Source: the human T2T-CHM13v2.0 reference genome, Homo sapiens
Assembly: GCF_009914755.1 (NCBI RefSeq)
Contig: NC_060927.1
Reading direction: 5' to 3' (one strand)
DNA length: 64,000 bases
Shown here one piece after another: positions 1 to 13,983 of this stretch. The position numbers and the translations under genes are program-made. The notes beneath the pieces were generated by a model. It searched no databases, had not been told where the DNA came from, and saw only the letters and a list, made by a program, of their open reading frames with translations. Positions within the stretch are counted from its first letter, which is position 1. The number at the start of each line of letters is the position of its first letter.

Positions 1-435
1 CTGTGCTACAGATACTCTGTCTCAAAAAACAAAAAACAAAAAAAAAATAAATTTCATGCTATCCCAAAGACTAACAATGGCCAAGTAGGCTCTTAAGACA
101 AAGGAATGTTATTATATATAATGAATAATTCTTCATGTACAAATTCAGTATTACAGAATACCTCCACATAGCTAGTTCCCTAAAATCATACCTAAAATAT
201 TACTAAATGTTCAGAAAGTTTAAGGCATCCTGTTTTTGTATTACTTAAATTCAAAGCTGTTATTAACAATTAAATTTTATTCTACAAATTTATTGTGATC
301 AGAGGTTACATCAGTATCCAAACAATATCCATTTTTTGTTTTTAAGGTTAAGTCATAAAAGAAATCTAAGGACCTACACAAAGTGACTTATGGAAGAAGA
401 CAACGTATTGTCTTAATGCTGAAGAGTGGTCATAC

Positions 436-494
436 CTTGAAATGCTTAGTTTTTGGAGATCTCTGCTCTTCAGATTGTCTTCCTGATATGGATC
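436..494 (-). CDS. AZI2: AZI2 coding exon 6 (DPYQEDNLKSRDLQKLSIS+), 59 nt; gene continues beyond the left edge
   Basis: Acceptor AG at 496-495 and donor AG|GTATG at 435-434. Phase 0 join from exon 5. Peptide matches recalled AZI2 sequence. Confidence 0.93.
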
Positions 495-3400
495 CTGTCA
501 TTTGTTTAAAAAAAAGAAGTTTAAAAGTTGTAATTTTTACAATTTATTTAGTCTCAGCTCTTTCTTACCAGAGACATGTTCAGGTTTTACAGAATATATC
601 TGTAAGTGCAAAGAATACAATTAGATTTTATACTCAATTTTAATGAAATACCTCCAATCTATAACAAATATCTCTAAATCACGTCCAATGGTTTAAAGTA
701 TTAATGCTTTAATTTTCTTTAAAAGAATAAAATTGCTCTCATTCTGTAAAAGACCTTGTAATCTTACAAAATATATTTCTAAAGACACCAATCTGAAGTG
801 TATATTCAAAAAAGTGTTACACATTTGTCACATTTCTGTTTACTTATGGTATGGGTGAATGAATTCTATGGGAAAATGGAAGTTTTTTTGGTATTTCACT
901 TTTTCGTAGTATTACCAAAAACACACCAGAATTTTAACAGGTTACTGTTGTAAAACATCAGCATACATTTCCTCCTTCCACATGGATTAAAAATGACCTG
1001 GCAAGGACATCATAAAGTCCTTATATGCTTTTAAATTCAGTTGATTTAGGTTGCAGATATGACAGAACCTTCAGAAGATATTTTTAAATGACTTAGTATG
1101 TTTGAGACAACTCTAACACACTTGTTTGCAATGCATTCTCATTTAAGGATCTGTAACAAATGAAAATGATTATCACAGGTACTAATTCTCCTGGCAGATG
1201 TGGCCAGTATAAGCTCAGAATACAAATTTTAATTTTATTATTTCTTACTAATACAATCTAAATTATATAATTTGCAGTGAAACATTAAAAAGCAACACAA
1301 GGACTTCATGAGTACTCTCAACTTGAGAGTAAAATGTGAAAAATACCTAATCTTATAGGAGTTAAAACATTTCTGGATCTCTGATTTTAATACTCTAACA
1401 GTTAAGTTAAATCTTAGGGAGCCCTAAGGAGAGGGGAAACAGAACTGGCCCACAGGTCCAGGAGGTTTGACCACTAACGAGACACATCTCCTTGGACCTT
1501 GTTTTTTCCTGTGCCTTACAGGAAATAATGGAATCTGATCAGATCACTTTTAGTATCCTTGTATCATGAATTAAAATTTTTTTTTTAAAAATTAGTATAT
1601 ACTTATGCATATGTTCATTGAAAACCTTCCTCATTTTTAAAGCCAACAATATAAAAAAATTTGACAGTTTGAGTGGGAAAATGTTTTTCCAACTACTATC
1701 TAACAATTCAGAGACTCTAATGTACATCAGCAGTAAGCTCATAGAGACTGTATCTAGTATTCAAAGACCCTTTTGTTGGCTAGTAATAGATCACCTATGT
1801 CCTAAAGGTGGTAATGGATCTGTTCCCTAACTAGTGCCACATGATGTGGGAGTTTCATATAAGGTGAGGCCCATGGCTACAAAATCTTGGGAAATAATGT
1901 TCAAGTTATATAGGTTTCTATACTATAGCAGAACCTTTAATATACTACAGTACACTGTGAATCTCTAACTGGGCTACCGTTATTAGGGACTTTAGACGTC
2001 TTCTAAACCAACTTAATTTTACTGATCTAGTATCTCTTTTACTTCTTTGGCCCTAGAGTCTGTATTTCTCACAGGATCAATGGTTCTGAATATAAATGGC
2101 TGGAATATTAGGGGACACAGAAAGTCTAAAAGGCCCATAGTGGAACTGCCCCTGAAACCTCACTAACATGAAATATTAATGAACTGAGTTCCCTCACTAA
2201 ATATTTAAAAAACAAACAAACAAACTAAAACAACACTATTATATCCATGTAGGATGCTATTACATACTTCAGAAGGTTTTATAAAATGCTTCACTGAAAG
2301 CATCATCTTAAAAATTTTTTTTAAAATGGCTAGACTAATGTGAGCTAGAGTAATATGGCTAGAGTATTGTGAACATAAATTTCTCTCCTTGGCTTCCTCT
2401 CAGATTCCTGTCTCCAAGAGGATTCTGATCAGCAACATCACTGAAACAAGATTTGAAAGTATGCATCAAGATTTCAACTTGGAATCCTTGATAAACTTTT
2501 ATTTCCACTCTTCCTTTTCTTTGTTCATTTCTTTTAGTTGTGAGTGAGCCCTTTTTAACTTCACAGCCTCACCCTACCCCTAATAAATGCCTGTGAAGGT
2601 GGGGGCCATGTTATAAATATTTCTTTTTCAATATTCCTCTCTTAGCTCATCTTCAACTGTTTAAAGTTTCCTGTCTCTCAGATTTAACTTAGTCATCAGT
2701 TAAAGAAAGTGATTTCTTCTACCTCTAAAAGTCTGTTTCTGTGATTTGGTTACTTATGACAGATGAATTTAAACTAAAAGCAAATTTATTCCCTAGCACC
2801 ATCTAGTGGAAAAGAATAACTAAAATGCTAAGAATAGAAATTTCAATACACATAAATACCTAAAAGTACTGCCCTTCTGGATTACTCTAATCAAATTTTT
2901 TAAAAAAGCATTTACCTACTGAACATACTATATAATGGCCACTATGATAACTGGCTGTGATTAATATATTAAGTCCTGTAAGCATGATAGTAATGTTTGA
3001 TCAGGAGCATAAAACTGTGTCCCCTAATATTCCAGCCATTTATATTCAGAACAGTTGATCCTGTGAGAAATACAGACTCTTGGGCCAAAGAAGTAAAAGA
3101 GATACTGGATCAGTAAATGAAGTTGGTTTAGAAGACGTCTAAAGTCCCTAATAACTGCTTTATATACACTAATTTAACCTTCATGAAAAAAGGTATTTAA
3201 TGTCTACTTTACAGAAAACAACTTCCCAAAAGTAAAATGGTGTTCCTAATGTTAACAGTTAATAAGCAACACCAAAATTATGAGCTAAGTTTCCGATTCC
3301 ATGGTACTGCTTGCTACACTACAACAAAATATCTATCACGTATAAAGGCTATCAAATTTCCTTTCAAACAGAATATAAATAATGACAATTATAATTCAGA

Positions 3401-4803
3401 ATTTCAAGGTCCATATCTTTTCCTGTAAACCCATCTTTTGAAAAGAGGCTTCTCAGTGGTGATGGTAACTGAGCTGTAGAACAGGATGCTGAGTCTTTGA
3501 AGGAATTGTGGTGTGTGGCCACAAGCTCAAAGCTGGGGGAATCAACTTTGTAAGTAGGAAAAAAACCACTTTGACTCTAACGGGAGTTGACAGTAATTTT
3601 TGTAGTGTTTCCTTTTATCAGGGATGGGGGTGCCAAAGGGAGTTCTCATTGCCCAGTTCAGAGGAATTCATTTGGCCAAGGACTAGGCAGACTGCTATAT
3701 TATTCTTAATGTCTGGCTCATTCTTATCGAGTGGTCACCTCTCATAAAAACTACATTAGAGAAGAAAGAAGTATCAGCTCCATCTAAGAACACTTGAGAT
3801 TCAGGGCAGAATCTGGAAAGCAGTCAGGAAGTATGGGATGGAGTTCCCCTTTCAGATGGTGGCATCCCAGAGGAACAAGAAGAAACACAATTCCTCAATA
3901 GTGTTAGAATGCTTTGGTAGGCAAAATGGTTGAGTGGAGAAACATTATATAACTGGTTATACCTTAGTTTGAGATACATGAATGCATAAAATGGCTATTT
4001 GCACCAGACTACTAAGCTTTTCAATTTCTTGTAATAATTATTTAAAATCTGCATTTGGTGCATTGCTCTCACACTACCTTGCTTCTTTATCATTTCTTCT
4101 TTTAATCTCAGCACTGTCATGATGTCTGAAAACATAGATCCAAGCTTGTTAGAACCTGATGTAAAATACTGGGCAAACAGACTCTTGGTGAGGACCTAAA
4201 AGGCATCTTGTTTTAGTGGTTGACTTCAGGCTAAACACACTTCAGCAACTTGGCAGGTTTTTGTTATTTTTTTCCAATTCTTGAATTCTCAGATATTTGC
4301 TGGTAGTTAAAGATGCCCCCAAAGTATTAGTCTTTTGAAAATAAGTAAGCTCTGTCATGTTTTCTTTGTTGGTCGTGTTTTTCTTTGTTGTTGTTTTAAT
4401 TATAAAAATCGAGTTGTCCCTTATGATATCTAAATTAATGAAACTATTAAGTAAAATAATATAGGACTTAAAACCTGAGTTCTCTTTAAACTTTACAGAG
4501 AAAAGGAAATTGAAGGAAAGAGAGTCTGAAAGAACAGTTATAATAAACTAATAAGCTTACTAAAAATCAACCTTTTAAAAAACAAAATTGTATAATTTTG
4601 TGACAGACTAAAAGTATATGGCATGTCAAATTTTAGCAGAAATGCTTAAAGAGGTAGATAAACAAGAATTTTTTAAGGAATAGAACATTCTCTAAATAAT
4701 TACAATTTATTTTAACTCTATGGTTTAATACAATCTTAGTTATAAATCCTACATATGATACACAAAAAATACTGAAATTCTCAATTTAATAATTCTGTAA
4801 TAC

Positions 4804-4952
4804 CGTTTGTTTGGCTTTCTGTAGTTCTATTTTGAGATCGCTACATTCTTTCCTCATCAGTTCCAGCTCTTGTTCCAAACCATGGATCTTCAGGTCACAG
4901 CTCAACTTTTCCACCTCCCAGTTTGATGAAGGTGGATTTAAATTCCTCATCA
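4804..4952 (-). CDS. AZI2: AZI2 coding exon 5 (VMRNLNPPSSNWEVEKLSCDLKIHGLEQELELMRKECSDLKIELQKAKQT), 149 nt
   Basis: Within ORF 4786-4971(-). Acceptor at 4954-4953; donor ACG|GTA at 4803-4802. Phase 1 matches exon 4 (G+TG=Val). Confidence 0.95.
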
Positions 4953-6003
4953 CTACAAAAAGGATGGACACTGAAATTGTTATCTTTTCCTTCTACATTG
5001 ACTGCAATTCTTAAAAATAGGTTATTCTGGTAAAATGTAGATAATAGAAAAACTAACATAAAACATATATGATCAATAGTTTTTTAAAAACAGTAATTAT
5101 TAATACTTTCAAATATCTATGCTAAGGAGAATGAGAAATCTAGCAATCTTGTTTTAGAATTTCTAAAGACAACTACACTAAAATAAGCATATGCTAAAAT
5201 TGCAGACAGATCAATATTCTGCATAAGGTTAAAACAGTGATAAAAATAATAAACTGAATAAACTGAGGCTCAGCTAATCATTCCATCCAGTCCTCTCAGA
5301 GGTATGAAGTTTGACCAACAAGCTCAGAGCATGATGTCAAAACAATTTATCCTTAAACATTCCACTGCAGAAACTCAATAAACTGGATACTGCTTTATTC
5401 TTTAATTAGCACCTCAGTCTCTCTAGCTACAAAAAGCTCCAACTAGCTATGCTAAGAGATTGCATCTCAATCTCCTATCAGAAGGTCTCTCAGACCTTCT
5501 TAGCTTGTCTCATCATAATGAATATTCATGGGAGCAGGCTATTTATCCATATGCCCCAGATCCAACTTTCCACCCCAACATTTCATCTGCACCTTTTAAC
5601 AACCTTTGGAAAGAAAAAGAAATTGTAACAACTTCACAGCAGTGTGTTTAACTGTGGGCAAGATGTTCAGTAAGAAAGAGAAGCCAGGACAACCAGTGGG
5701 CTAGATGATTTCACTTCTACTTCTTGCTTCTGGGCTTCTACTCTTTTCCTCTTCTGCTTCATCACAACCTAGACCTGAATAAAAACCATCACATTTTCTC
5801 TAGGAAAAGTGCAATATATAGCTAAGGAAAAGTTAAAGGAAGTTGATATTATGTGAAGGTAGAACAGAGAAATTAACATAAACCTAAAAATTAAAAAATA
5901 AGTTAAGGTCTTAGCATATGGATACAGAAAACTGTTGATATTACAAATAAATGGAAAAATATGTTAATTCTGTTAGAATATTTATAACAAGTAACTGGCA
6001 TAC

Positions 6004-6103
6004 CCTGCTGAGTTTCCACCTCTGTCCTCAGCTGGAGGAGTTCTACTTCTTTAGATTGTAGCTGCTCATTCAATACTTTCAAAGATTCAGAGTTGTCTTT
6101 ATT
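6004..6103 (-). CDS. AZI2: AZI2 coding exon 4 (NKDNSESLKVLNEQLQSKEVELLQLRTEVETQQ), 100 nt
   Basis: Manual translation. AG at 6105-6104, donor G|GTATG at 6003-6002. Coiled-coil peptide. Confidence 0.95.
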
Positions 6104-6559
6104 CTAGTTAAGTAGGGAAAATGCCAAATTACATTCAATAAAATCTACACGTTGGTATATTGTAATTTTCAGGAAGATACTGAAAAAAACACATTCTTGT
6201 CTTTAAAAGCAAGGTGACAAAATGAACTCAGTTTCTCAGAAATGTCTTTTTTTCTTTTCCTAATTTAGGACATCATTATTCACTGGCTTAAAAAAAAAAA
6301 AAGACTAAATCTACCATGTCATAGTTTTTCAAAATAAGTTGGTGGTGTTAGATGTATTTAAGTCCTAAACATCATTACATACTAAATATTTTACATAAAA
6401 ATAAGTTAAAATATTACTAAAATTTCCATTTTGCCTTGAACATGTATACAAAATTTTAATTACTAAATGTAAATATTTAACTTACTTCTAATTTTAAACC
6501 TCTTGAAGGAGAAAATTCATTTCCAAAATGCAGATGTCATTCGCTTCAAATCAACTTAC

Positions 6560-6682
6560 CATTTTGTCCAGTTTGCTCTTCAAATTATCTCTATCAATGC
6601 AAACCTCTCGATATGCATGATAGGCCTTATTTACTTGTTCTCGTCCCACGGAACTTGTTTCTTCTTCAAATCGAGCTATTAG
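6560..6682 (-). CDS. AZI2: AZI2 coding exon 3 (LIARFEEETSSVGREQVNKAYHAYREVCIDRDNLKSKLDKM), 123 nt
   Basis: Manual translation. Acceptor TTAG at 6686-6683, donor ATG|GTAAGT at 6559-6554. Phase 0/0. Confidence 0.95.
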
Positions 6683-7050
6683 CTAACGGTATGAAATTAG
6701 AAGAGAAAGCTTAAGAGAGTATTCTATAGATAAAAAATAAGTCAGTGTTCTGATGGCTCCATATCTTACTTCAATCGTAATAAGGGGATAAAGCCTGGAT
6801 TCATTAGGTGAGTATTTCATTTCCACAAATTAATCTTTACATAGAAAGCAAAAATGTGTAGAATATTTTTTGAAGCCTTCTATGCTTTTACATAATCAGT
6901 ATTTTATAATTCATGGTGTCTGTTTTATAACATTAAATCATCATAATCACAACAGAGTATAGATGTGATACACACTGCTTAGATGTTTTTTAAATTAAAA
7001 GTATCTAATTTCTATAATCAGAAAAAGCAGCACCTTAGGGCATACTTGAC

Positions 7051-7344
<294 letters not shown>

Positions 7345-8466
7345 AAGGCATACTTGACTTTTTAAGAAATAGATGTGTGTGTTAATTTGTTAAATCCTTT
7401 ATATTACAGGATAGGAATTAATAGGATTGTTGGTCATGAAGTACAGAAATATTTCCAATGTTAACTATACATAAAATCCCATTTTTCTACTAAACTTTAA
7501 AATAAAGCTATGTGCCCCAAAATGTTACCTTCTCTCACTGTATGCCAATGTTACAAATTTACATAATCAACATTAAAGTAAATATAATTCATATGAATAC
7601 AAAGAAATTATAATTATTTTACAACCGACTCCTTTTCTCTTACTTCCCACCAAAAATGAATCAAACTCTACCAAGCCCCATCTTCAAGTTTTTTTTATAT
7701 AGGATAATTCATTTCCTTGGATAATTAATTTATATTACACAGGACAATGCATTCTTTACCCTTTGTGGTAGCTGCTCTTTGTAGGATAAAAATGCTCTTA
7801 TCTGAGCTGAAAAAATACAAACTAAGCTAAGTTAAAACTTTAAAACTCAAAAATAAAAGGATGACTGAAGAATATTCCTCATACATAAAGCCAAGTAGAT
7901 TGGTGCTTTATATTGAATCAGCTACCTTACTTATATATTCTGTAACAGTTAGATGTGTCACAATTATACATGGAAAGGTAAACAGAAAACATCAGTTGAT
8001 CAATTAAAAGCATTATTCCTATTACATATGTTAAAGAAGAGAAAGAATGTTGAAGTAAAGATTTCAGCCTTGGTAAAGATATTATTAAACCTATTGGACA
8101 ATGTTCCAGAAGCTTCCTCCTTTGATACTTAATTTCCTTTGTTGGTATATCTTTTTTTTTTTTGCCCAGATTTGAAAATTCTGAATAAAATACATACAGC
8201 TATGGAGGTAAGTAAACCTGAAAATGAAAGAAAAATATTTGGAATATAACTCCAAGTTGTTAAATCCTCTCCTACAAATATTTACCAAGTACATGGTATG
8301 TGAAACACAGGATAAGTATAATGCCCAGAGTTTTCAGATTAGCAGTGAGTTATTCTTGGAAATTTAGTACAATCATGGAAGACAGGACAAAAAGTATTCA
8401 AAATTTCAAGTATTTTGAATTATTCCTTATGTCACAAACGCAATGAAGGTAAAAGATAAATATTAC

Positions 8467-8682
8467 CTTTTCTTCCAAAAATCTTATTCTCTTCTTTAAC
8501 AAAGAGTTCTCTTTCTCTGAATCCTTAAGTCGTTTTTTGATGTCTTCATATGCAGTGACAAGAGCAAAATGGGAAGCAACAGATTCATCTCCTGAATATA
8601 TTGAAACTGGAGTCACTGTATCTCTCTTATGGGCTTTTTCATGATTCAGAATACAGATATCATCTTCTACCAGTGCATCCAT
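8467..8682 (-). CDS. AZI2: AZI2 first coding exon (exon 2 begins at 8687 with 5 nt UTR): MDALVEDDICIL...RFLEEK, 72 codons
   Basis: ORF 8398-8682(-) is the recognisable N-terminus of 5-azacytidine-induced protein 2 / NAP1 (TBK1 adaptor). Acceptor ...AAACAG at 8689-8688, donor AAG|GTAATA. Confidence 0.97.
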
Positions 8683-10775
8683 GACAACTGTTTAAAAGAA
8701 AAAAAATATGAGTGACAAATGTCTCACTGAATAAGTGAAAAGGAAAAAAAGTTATAGTTAAGAATAATGTAAATACTAGGACAATGTTTAAAAACCAGAC
8801 TGCCTGGGTTGTATTCTAAACTCTACCATTTAGTGTCTGACTTTGGGCAAGTTGCTTAACCTCTATGCCTCAGTTTCCTTATTTATAAAGTACAAGAAAT
8901 AACAGCAAATACCTCATAGAGTCTTAAGAATATTAAATTATATCTATAAACCACTTAAAACCATAATTATTAGTATGTTCTATAAAAATCTGAAATATCA
9001 GTTTCATTAAAACAATCAAAATTTTTTAAAATACTTCATCCCCAAATATATCTTCTCCTAACATTTCCACTTAGATCTATTAGTAGCAAGTTTCATAGCT
9101 TCTCAATTTATAAATTTTCAAAAGTTCTTTGAGTATAATTCATTACAACAACATATTAATATTATATTATAGAAGTCTTAATGCATACTCTATCTTTCCA
9201 TACCAGTAATTGGCTATGTTTGTTGTATATTTAGAATAGAAGACAAATTAATTAACATTTGAGTGTCCAATATGTCCCACTATAATGCACTACATTCTTT
9301 TAATATTATCTCTTTTAATTATCTGAACAATTCTATGAAATATGTATCATCTATATTTTATAGGTAGGTCTTAGAAAGTTGAATTAGCCCTGTTAAATCT
9401 AGAAGAATGTTAAGCTCTGTGAGGGCAGAAGCTTTGTCTGTTTTGCCCATCATTTGTGTCCCCAACTCATCACTGTGTAGAAGTTGCTCAATAAATATTG
9501 ATTACTGAATGAAGAGTGGGTAGAGTAGGATTCAAATCAAACTCTGACTCCAAAACCTAAGAGAAGAGCTCGTTACCTTCATTGTTTAACGAAAAACTGA
9601 CTTGCTCTGAACATCTACTTTTGCTGTTAGGTTCAGCATTACTTCTCTGAGAGTTAGGTTCCTGAAAAACATGATGGAAGGAGAAACTGTGGCTAAAACC
9701 TTTTAAGACCTCCTGGGAAAAACAGAATAAGAGGGACTTTAGACCATGCAAGAGAACCTAAAAAGTCCTTTTAAATATTTTTTAGTTTAAAATAAAAAAC
9801 TAAATATAGCACTCTAAATAAAGATTATCAATTGAATTTCATGTATCTTAGATCAGTAATTATTACTAGAAAGTGAGTTTTTAACTATCCCTTGCTTGAA
9901 ATAAAATTTGGTTACTTACTAATATCAGTCACTGTTCAAGAACATTATAGATGAAGAAACTGAGGTAGGAGGAATTTAAGTATTTTTTCCAAAGTAACAT
10001 AGTAAGTGGAGAGTTGAGATGTAAACATAGGCAATTTAACTACAGCCACGTTTCCAACCCGTGTTTCACTATGCCTGCTTTCTTCCAAAATGTCTAATCT
10101 CCCTCCTGTGTCAACTAATCCCTTTAACATTTCTTTTGCCTTATTTCAGATCACATGAATACTAACAAAAGGTTTTGTGTTTTTCTGGGTCTGGTCTTAT
10201 ATCATTATATTTTTGCTTTTCTAATTGTACAATTAAAAACTTCCAATTGTCAACTAAAGCAACAGCTGGGAGCATCTAAGCAATTTGTATCTAGAATTAT
10301 AAGAAAGGCAGGTTAAAATAAATGTGTATACTACAAGTCTTGAGTAGGTAAAACCTGCCATCCAGTCAATCTTCATTAACATCAATTTAACATTTTCTAA
10401 CCATACAGGACAACTCCCACTCTTAAGGTACAATCTTTCCCAGTTTTTCAATAAAGTCCAAGAACAAGAATAGACTATGCTATCTACAGTATACCAAAAA
10501 AGTGGCGGATTCTCAGAACCATAATTACTCATGCTGCTTCTGATGCAAGCTGCATTTTCTCCTAATGATGAAAAGTTTAACTTTTCTTCCTCTAAAAGAG
10601 TTTACTTTTCAGTCTCCAGATTCAATGATATTCCAAAATAAGAGCAAACATCATTCCAGTCATGCTACTGCTAGCTGAAACTCTCATTATTTCCTTTCAA
10701 AATAAAAGTGCAGGTTATTCTCATATTGCAAACTGAAAGTATGCATATATATCTTCATATAAGACTCTTACACAT

Positions 10776-10777
<2 letters not shown>

Positions 10778-10807
<30 letters not shown>
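10778..10807. repeat. (CA)n microsatellite
   Basis: Directly visible. Confidence 0.95.
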
Positions 10808-10809
<2 letters not shown>

Positions 10810-13094
10810 CCCTTAAAAGTAGAGCAAGTAAAATAGTCACAGACGGCTAGGTAAGTGGTAGAATGCAGCCTGGTTTAAGGAGAGGTAAAATTGTACCCAC
10901 AGTAGACATTTGACTTAAATAATTTAATACTCAACCCAATGGGCAGGATTTATTCGATGTGGATTTTTTCTAAAGACAGCTGAAAACAAGAAATAACATA
11001 AACTGCTCTGCGAAGTCAAAAACAGATACCCTGCAGTTTGTGTATTTTAAGGATTGGGCTCACGCACTTCTGTTTTACACAAACTTCTAACTAGCTCAGC
11101 TGGGATTTACTTGTTCATTTTTATCATGAAACAATCATTTACACAGCAAGGAAAACCCAGAGAGGCAGAGTTGTGCAGAAAAATTATTATTATACCATAA
11201 AGGTAGGTAATAAATTTGAAACAACAGAATGTTATGGGGGGTCTGAGGGATGGGGAGAAAAAGTGGTTTTCAAAGAAGATACCACAAAAGAGCAAATGTC
11301 TCTTAAGACTGTACTCTCATGTGAAGAGGATGGTTATTTTCATTGTACTGTACTTATTGTACTTACACCTTTACAGTTTGTTAACTTCCAGCAGGGGAAC
11401 AAGTTCAAAGATCTAAGTGTGGGGAGAAAGGTTGAGAAGAGGAGTGGCAGGAGATGAGATTAAAAAGGCAGGATGGAGACAAACTGAGATGGTCCTTCCT
11501 GGTAGAGGCACTGTGGATTTTGGTGCTTATTCTGCTGAATTTTAAAAACACAGGCCTGGACATGATTAAAGGGTGTGAATACTTACAATGTTGATTTTTT
11601 TTTTTTAATTCACAACCAGTGAACTACTTAGCATTATGCTAAATGTTTACAAACATTATCCCATTTAATTCTCAAGACTACCCTATGAGGTACAAAATCT
11701 TATCAAACTCATCTCACAGATGAGAAAACTGGGACCTGGAAAGGTAAAGAAGCTTAGCTAGGATCACTTAATTAGTATGAACCAGGACTTGGATTTTAGA
11801 GCCTGAGCTATTAATATTTTCCCCTCTCCAATGAATCTTTTACAAAATCTTACACTCCTACAAATCTAGGAACCCCTCAGAAGGCTTACAAAAGTACTTT
11901 ACATGGAAGGGGGTATATTGATACAATAATGTCACATTTTATACAACATGATAGCTAGTCATTTTTAAGACAATATGAGTAGTCAGACTGGTTTACCTAT
12001 TGATATGCTACCTTTTTATTTATAAATCAAAAGTTGCATATATTATGTAAGAAAACAATGGCATAAAAGGATTTTTCAAGTTTTATACCATTATTCTATA
12101 TATTTATTCTATACACTATAAACATTACTTAGAATACGCGGAAAAGCAGCATCAAATTGCTTATCTGTCCTAAAAGTTATGTAAGAAATAGCCATATATT
12201 AAAACACACAATGTGCTAGCACCACATATATGTATCAACTTTTATTGTTTTAAAATAACTGTCATTTAAATTTGTTATAAAATGGAAAATTAAAATTTTA
12301 ATTACTATCCCTGCAAAAATTAATATGAAATCACAAGCATGAGAATATTAATACTTATCATATTAGTCTGTACAAACCAGACTTCTGGAGAGTAAAAGCT
12401 ACAGGTCCAGGGAAAATGAGATCATAGAAAGGAAACAATACAAGGCAGATATCCCATTATATTTATTAATATAATGAAAGGAAAACTGTTAGCAAAGTAA
12501 AAAGTAGGCTATGTGTTGCCTTTGGTGTTATTGCTACGCAAGCATCCTTTATAAAATGTATTTCTACAGAGAAGTAAAGGGAGCTGTGGTAATCAGTCTC
12601 ATAATAAAGATTCAGTTTTAAACACTTTTGTTGCAATGAAATGGCTGTGTGTGTGTATCCAAATCAGCTGGCCCATGAAGTCTGATTTTCTAGATAAATG
12701 GTAAAAGTGTAACTGGCTATTATTCTATTTGACAAACTAGACCAAGCTAGTTATATCATTTAACATTTGAAGAAACTTAACATTATACTGAGTCTTATTT
12801 ATCATAATTTAAATGCTCTTAAAATAATAAATCTTTGTTAGCATTAATCTTTAAAAAATAAGTGCCATGAGCAGAATATTATCAAAAATTAAAATTACCA
12901 AAGACTAGATAGTATTTTAAATAGTCTAGCAGAAACTGAACTTTCAAAACTTAACAAACATCAAAACACTGTCCAAAGACAAGCTTAAGTGGACTTCTCT
13001 CAGTGATGAAAATCAGTAATAAATGTATTCCACAGGGACATTCCATAAATAAATTTTGCTTTTCCAAGGGCATTCTAAGAAGCTGGAGATGACT

Positions 13095-13282
13095 GAGGGC
13101 AGTGTTTGACAAAGGTGTGGACCACTGCCTTAGAATTCCTCTGCATTCTGTTAAAAAATACTGATTCCTAGCTTCCACTGCAGATCTATGCAAATCAGAA
13201 TATCTGGGGTGAAAAACTGCAAAGTGCACTCTGAATAAGCACCCAGGTGATTTTAAGTCATATTCCAATTTGAGAACCACTC
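13095..13282. mobile_element. MER5A-like hAT DNA transposon
   Basis: AAATCAGAATATCTGGGG...AATAAGCACCCAGGTGATT...TTTGAGAACCACT resembles the MER5A consensus. Confidence 0.65.
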
Positions 13283-13921
13283 ATCAGAAAGAACAAAGCC
13301 AAGCAGTTACCACGTAATTTACAGAATTCCAATTCTTAGTATCCTTGAACATTTGTGGGCACAGTTAGTTCTATGTTATGAATTAGTAAACACCCTTTAG
13401 ATTTTATTTTTAATATTACAGAAAGTAATTTCACATTCATCATCTCATCACAATATAGTGGGGTGTTAAATAAAGCACATTTATAGGCAAATGTATCTAT
13501 ATGTACTCATGCAAACATTTTATATATTTGGCAATTAAATTTTGTTTCTCCTTAGAGGTTTACTTAAATATAAAAAGCGAATTAGAAAAGATTGAGGTAA
13601 ACACTATTGACAATTATTTTTGAGAACAATGAAATTTCCAAGAATGATAAAAAAGAAAGGGCACAATTTGTCAGATAAAGTAGGTAGAAATAAGAACAGT
13701 ACTACCTGAAGCTTGGGGAGAAACACAGGAAAAAAAAGATTCAAACATTATTTATTAGAATTATTTTAGAAGATCTTAAATTTCAGTCTTCATCATGGCA
13801 ATCAACACCAAGAGAACTCTCAGTTGTTCATATGCTACGTATGTCAAAGTTTGGGATACTAGAAAACATATCTGCTGATATCAGACTGGTCTTTTTTCTA
13901 GGAATAAATATGATTATCCTG

Positions 13922-13983
13922 TCATATTTCATCATCTTTATATCTGCCATTTTCATATTTCATCATCTTTATATCTGCCATTT
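13922..13983. repeat. Perfect 31-bp tandem duplication
   Basis: TCATATTTCATCATCTTTATATCTGCCATTT x2. Confidence 0.95.

Noticed and set aside
8398-8466. C-terminal extension of the AZI2 exon 2 ORF (VIFIFYLH...)
   Set aside because: Read-through past a good GTAATA donor; spliced exon 3 continues the known protein.
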